From: Parcubacteria group bacterium Gr01-1014_31
Lineage (GTDB): Bacteria > Patescibacteriota > Patescibacteriia > Buchananbacterales > GWA2-38-13
Length of the DNA stretch: 64,000 bases
Assembly: GCA_007376135.1 (NCBI GenBank)
Contig: VMFR01000002.1
Span: 92,870 to 156,869, forward strand
Direction: 5' to 3'
Shown: positions 63,182 through 64,000 of the stretch, one piece after another
Position numbering within the stretch: the stretch's first letter is position 1
Layout: each line of letters opens with the position of its first letter
Translations under genes and position numbers: made by a program
The notes under the pieces: generated by a model
What the model saw: the letters and a program-made list of their open reading frames with translations, nothing else
Databases searched by the model: none
Told to the model about the DNA's origin: nothing

Positions 63182-63529
63182 ATGGCTGAAGAACACAAGG
63201 ACCAAGAGTTTGTCGAGTACATTGTCAGGGGGATCGTCAACCACCCCGAGGACGTCAAGGTCGAGCGGACCGTGGATGAGATGGGGGTGTTGCTAACCCT
63301 GCACGTTAACCCCGAGGATATGGGGTACGTCATCGGCCGCCAAGGGCAGACGGCGCGGTCCATCCGTACGCTGCTCAAGATCGTCGGCGCCAAGAGCAAC
63401 GCTCGCGTCAACCTGAAGATCTACGAACCCGAGGGTTCGCGCCGCGCGCACAGCGAGGAAGGTCGCAGCCGCAGCACAGAGACGTCCGCCGAGCCGGACA
63501 CGTCGGTGCTCGACGACCTCAAGATCTAG
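63182..63529 (+). CDS. KH-domain RNA-binding protein (YlqC/UPF0109-like)
   Basis: 115 aa. VIGRQGQTARSIRTLLKIVGAK is a KH GxxG-type motif. Conserved position after rpsP. Confidence 0.75.
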   Translation: MAEEHKDQEFVEYIVRGIVNHPEDVKVERTVDEMGVLLTLHVNPEDMGYVIGRQGQTARSIRTLLKIVGAKSNARVNLKIYEPEGSRRAHSEEGRSRSTETSAEPDTSVLDDLKI

Positions 63530-63551
63530 GTTAAGATCCCGTTTCCCGACT

Positions 63552-63588
63552 CCAGCTCCGATGTCCATCGGAGCTGGATTTTTTTTGC
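63552..63588 (+). terminator. rho-independent terminator after the KH-protein gene
   Basis: CCAGCTCCGATGTCCATCGGAGCTGG hairpin followed by ATTTTTTTTG. Confidence 0.65.
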
Positions 63589-63693
63589 GTTGACATGCCG
63601 TTCACGCTTTGGTAGCGTTGTTGATTGTTGGCGCGCTGTTCGCCACACCTCGCCGCCGGGTTGGCGGTAGCTCTTTCCCCCTGGGGGTTCCCG

Positions 63694-63879
63694 ATGAAGA
63701 CCGTCTGTGTGCAGAAGCAAGTGACGTTCCGCTCGGCCCGTCGAGCCAGCGGGTGCACGTTTTGTCCGCAGCCCGCCAAGCTTGAGGCCATTTGCGGTTT
63801 GGCGACCGTCTACTGCTGCAAGCAGCCTTCATGCAAATCGCAGGCCGCTGAACGCGCGCGGCGTCATTCCAGGGGGTAA
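63694..63879 (+). CDS. small Cys-rich hypothetical protein
   Basis: 61 aa from MKTVCVQKQ... with 8 Cys (CTFCP...CGLATVYCC...C). Could be a zinc-ribbon-like protein. Weak coding evidence. Confidence 0.2.
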   Translation: MKTVCVQKQVTFRSARRASGCTFCPQPAKLEAICGLATVYCCKQPSCKSQAAERARRHSRG

Positions 63880-64000
63880 CCGTATCCCCGCTCTTTAATC
63901 TATCTCCATCTCCGCAATCATCCGCGGCGGCCAGTCATTATCCGACGGCCGCTCTTTTTGTTCGCCTGCCTCCGCAACAAGGGAACTCGTGACCGCCAGT

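Noticed and set aside
1-64000. CRISPR arrays, rRNA genes, transposases or integrases
   Set aside because: No regularly spaced short direct repeats, no rRNA-like conserved stretches, and no DDE/tyrosine-recombinase-like ORFs were seen. The only candidate mobile region is the low-GC island at 95-1480, which lacks a recombinase.

Overview
This is a high-GC (about 65%) bacterial chromosome segment. It spans the replication-origin neighbourhood (dnaN, dnaA, rpmH-rnpA-yidD-yidC, rpsT, holA, polA, smc, rpsP) and several accessory blocks. Coding density is high and stop/start overlaps are frequent, so the high GC produces many long spurious antisense ORFs in the six-frame track. The accessory blocks, in order:
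(1) A roughly 1.4-kb low-GC (about 40%) island with an XRE-HTH/ImmA-metallopeptidase pair and a stand-alone GIY-YIG nuclease-domain gene.
(2) A minus-strand copper-homeostasis island: multicopper oxidase, YHS protein, DUF2933-like protein, SRPBCC protein, His-rich P1B ATPase, two unknown membrane proteins and CsoR. Next to it lie a DsbA-like oxidoreductase and a BlaI/BlaR1-type repressor/protease pair with a clear palindromic operator.
(3) tRNA-Ser(CGA), galU and a sugar-type solute-binding protein.
(4) A tandem array of nine paralogous VirB2/TrbC-like (T4SS-pilin family) genes. One is a stand-alone major subunit with a consensus sigma70 promoter, Shine-Dalgarno sequence and terminator. Six are SD-less minor genes packed at 3-11 nt spacing. 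One has a Cys-rich N-terminal domain. One signal-less outlier sits behind an unusual leader.
(5) An 11-kb, nine-gene minus-strand operon of polytopic GT-C-type membrane glycosyltransferases (several paralog pairs) interleaved with three Dpm1/Ppm1-like GT2 enzymes, plus a convergent DUF2079 membrane protein.
(6) A plus-strand sugar-activation/transfer cluster: five GT4 transferases (two joined by a recent gene-conversion tract), an APH-family kinase, a GalT-like nucleotidyltransferase and a ROK glucokinase.
Sequence-level observations include:
- A conserved roughly 100-115-nt inverted-repeat 5' leader whose 3' arm ends in the start codon of three unrelated genes (rpsT, smc, pilin paralog 9).
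- A 19-bp inverted repeat bracketing the rpsP promoter.
- Candidate oriC segments carrying DnaA-box cores.
- A riboflavin-kinase/methyltransferase fusion.
- A 25-nt duplicated copy of the polA 5' end.
The lineage is possibly Patescibacteria/CPR-like, judged from the pilin family, the glycosylation emphasis and the sugar salvage genes, but that is an inference. No CRISPR array, rRNA, transposase or integrase was seen.
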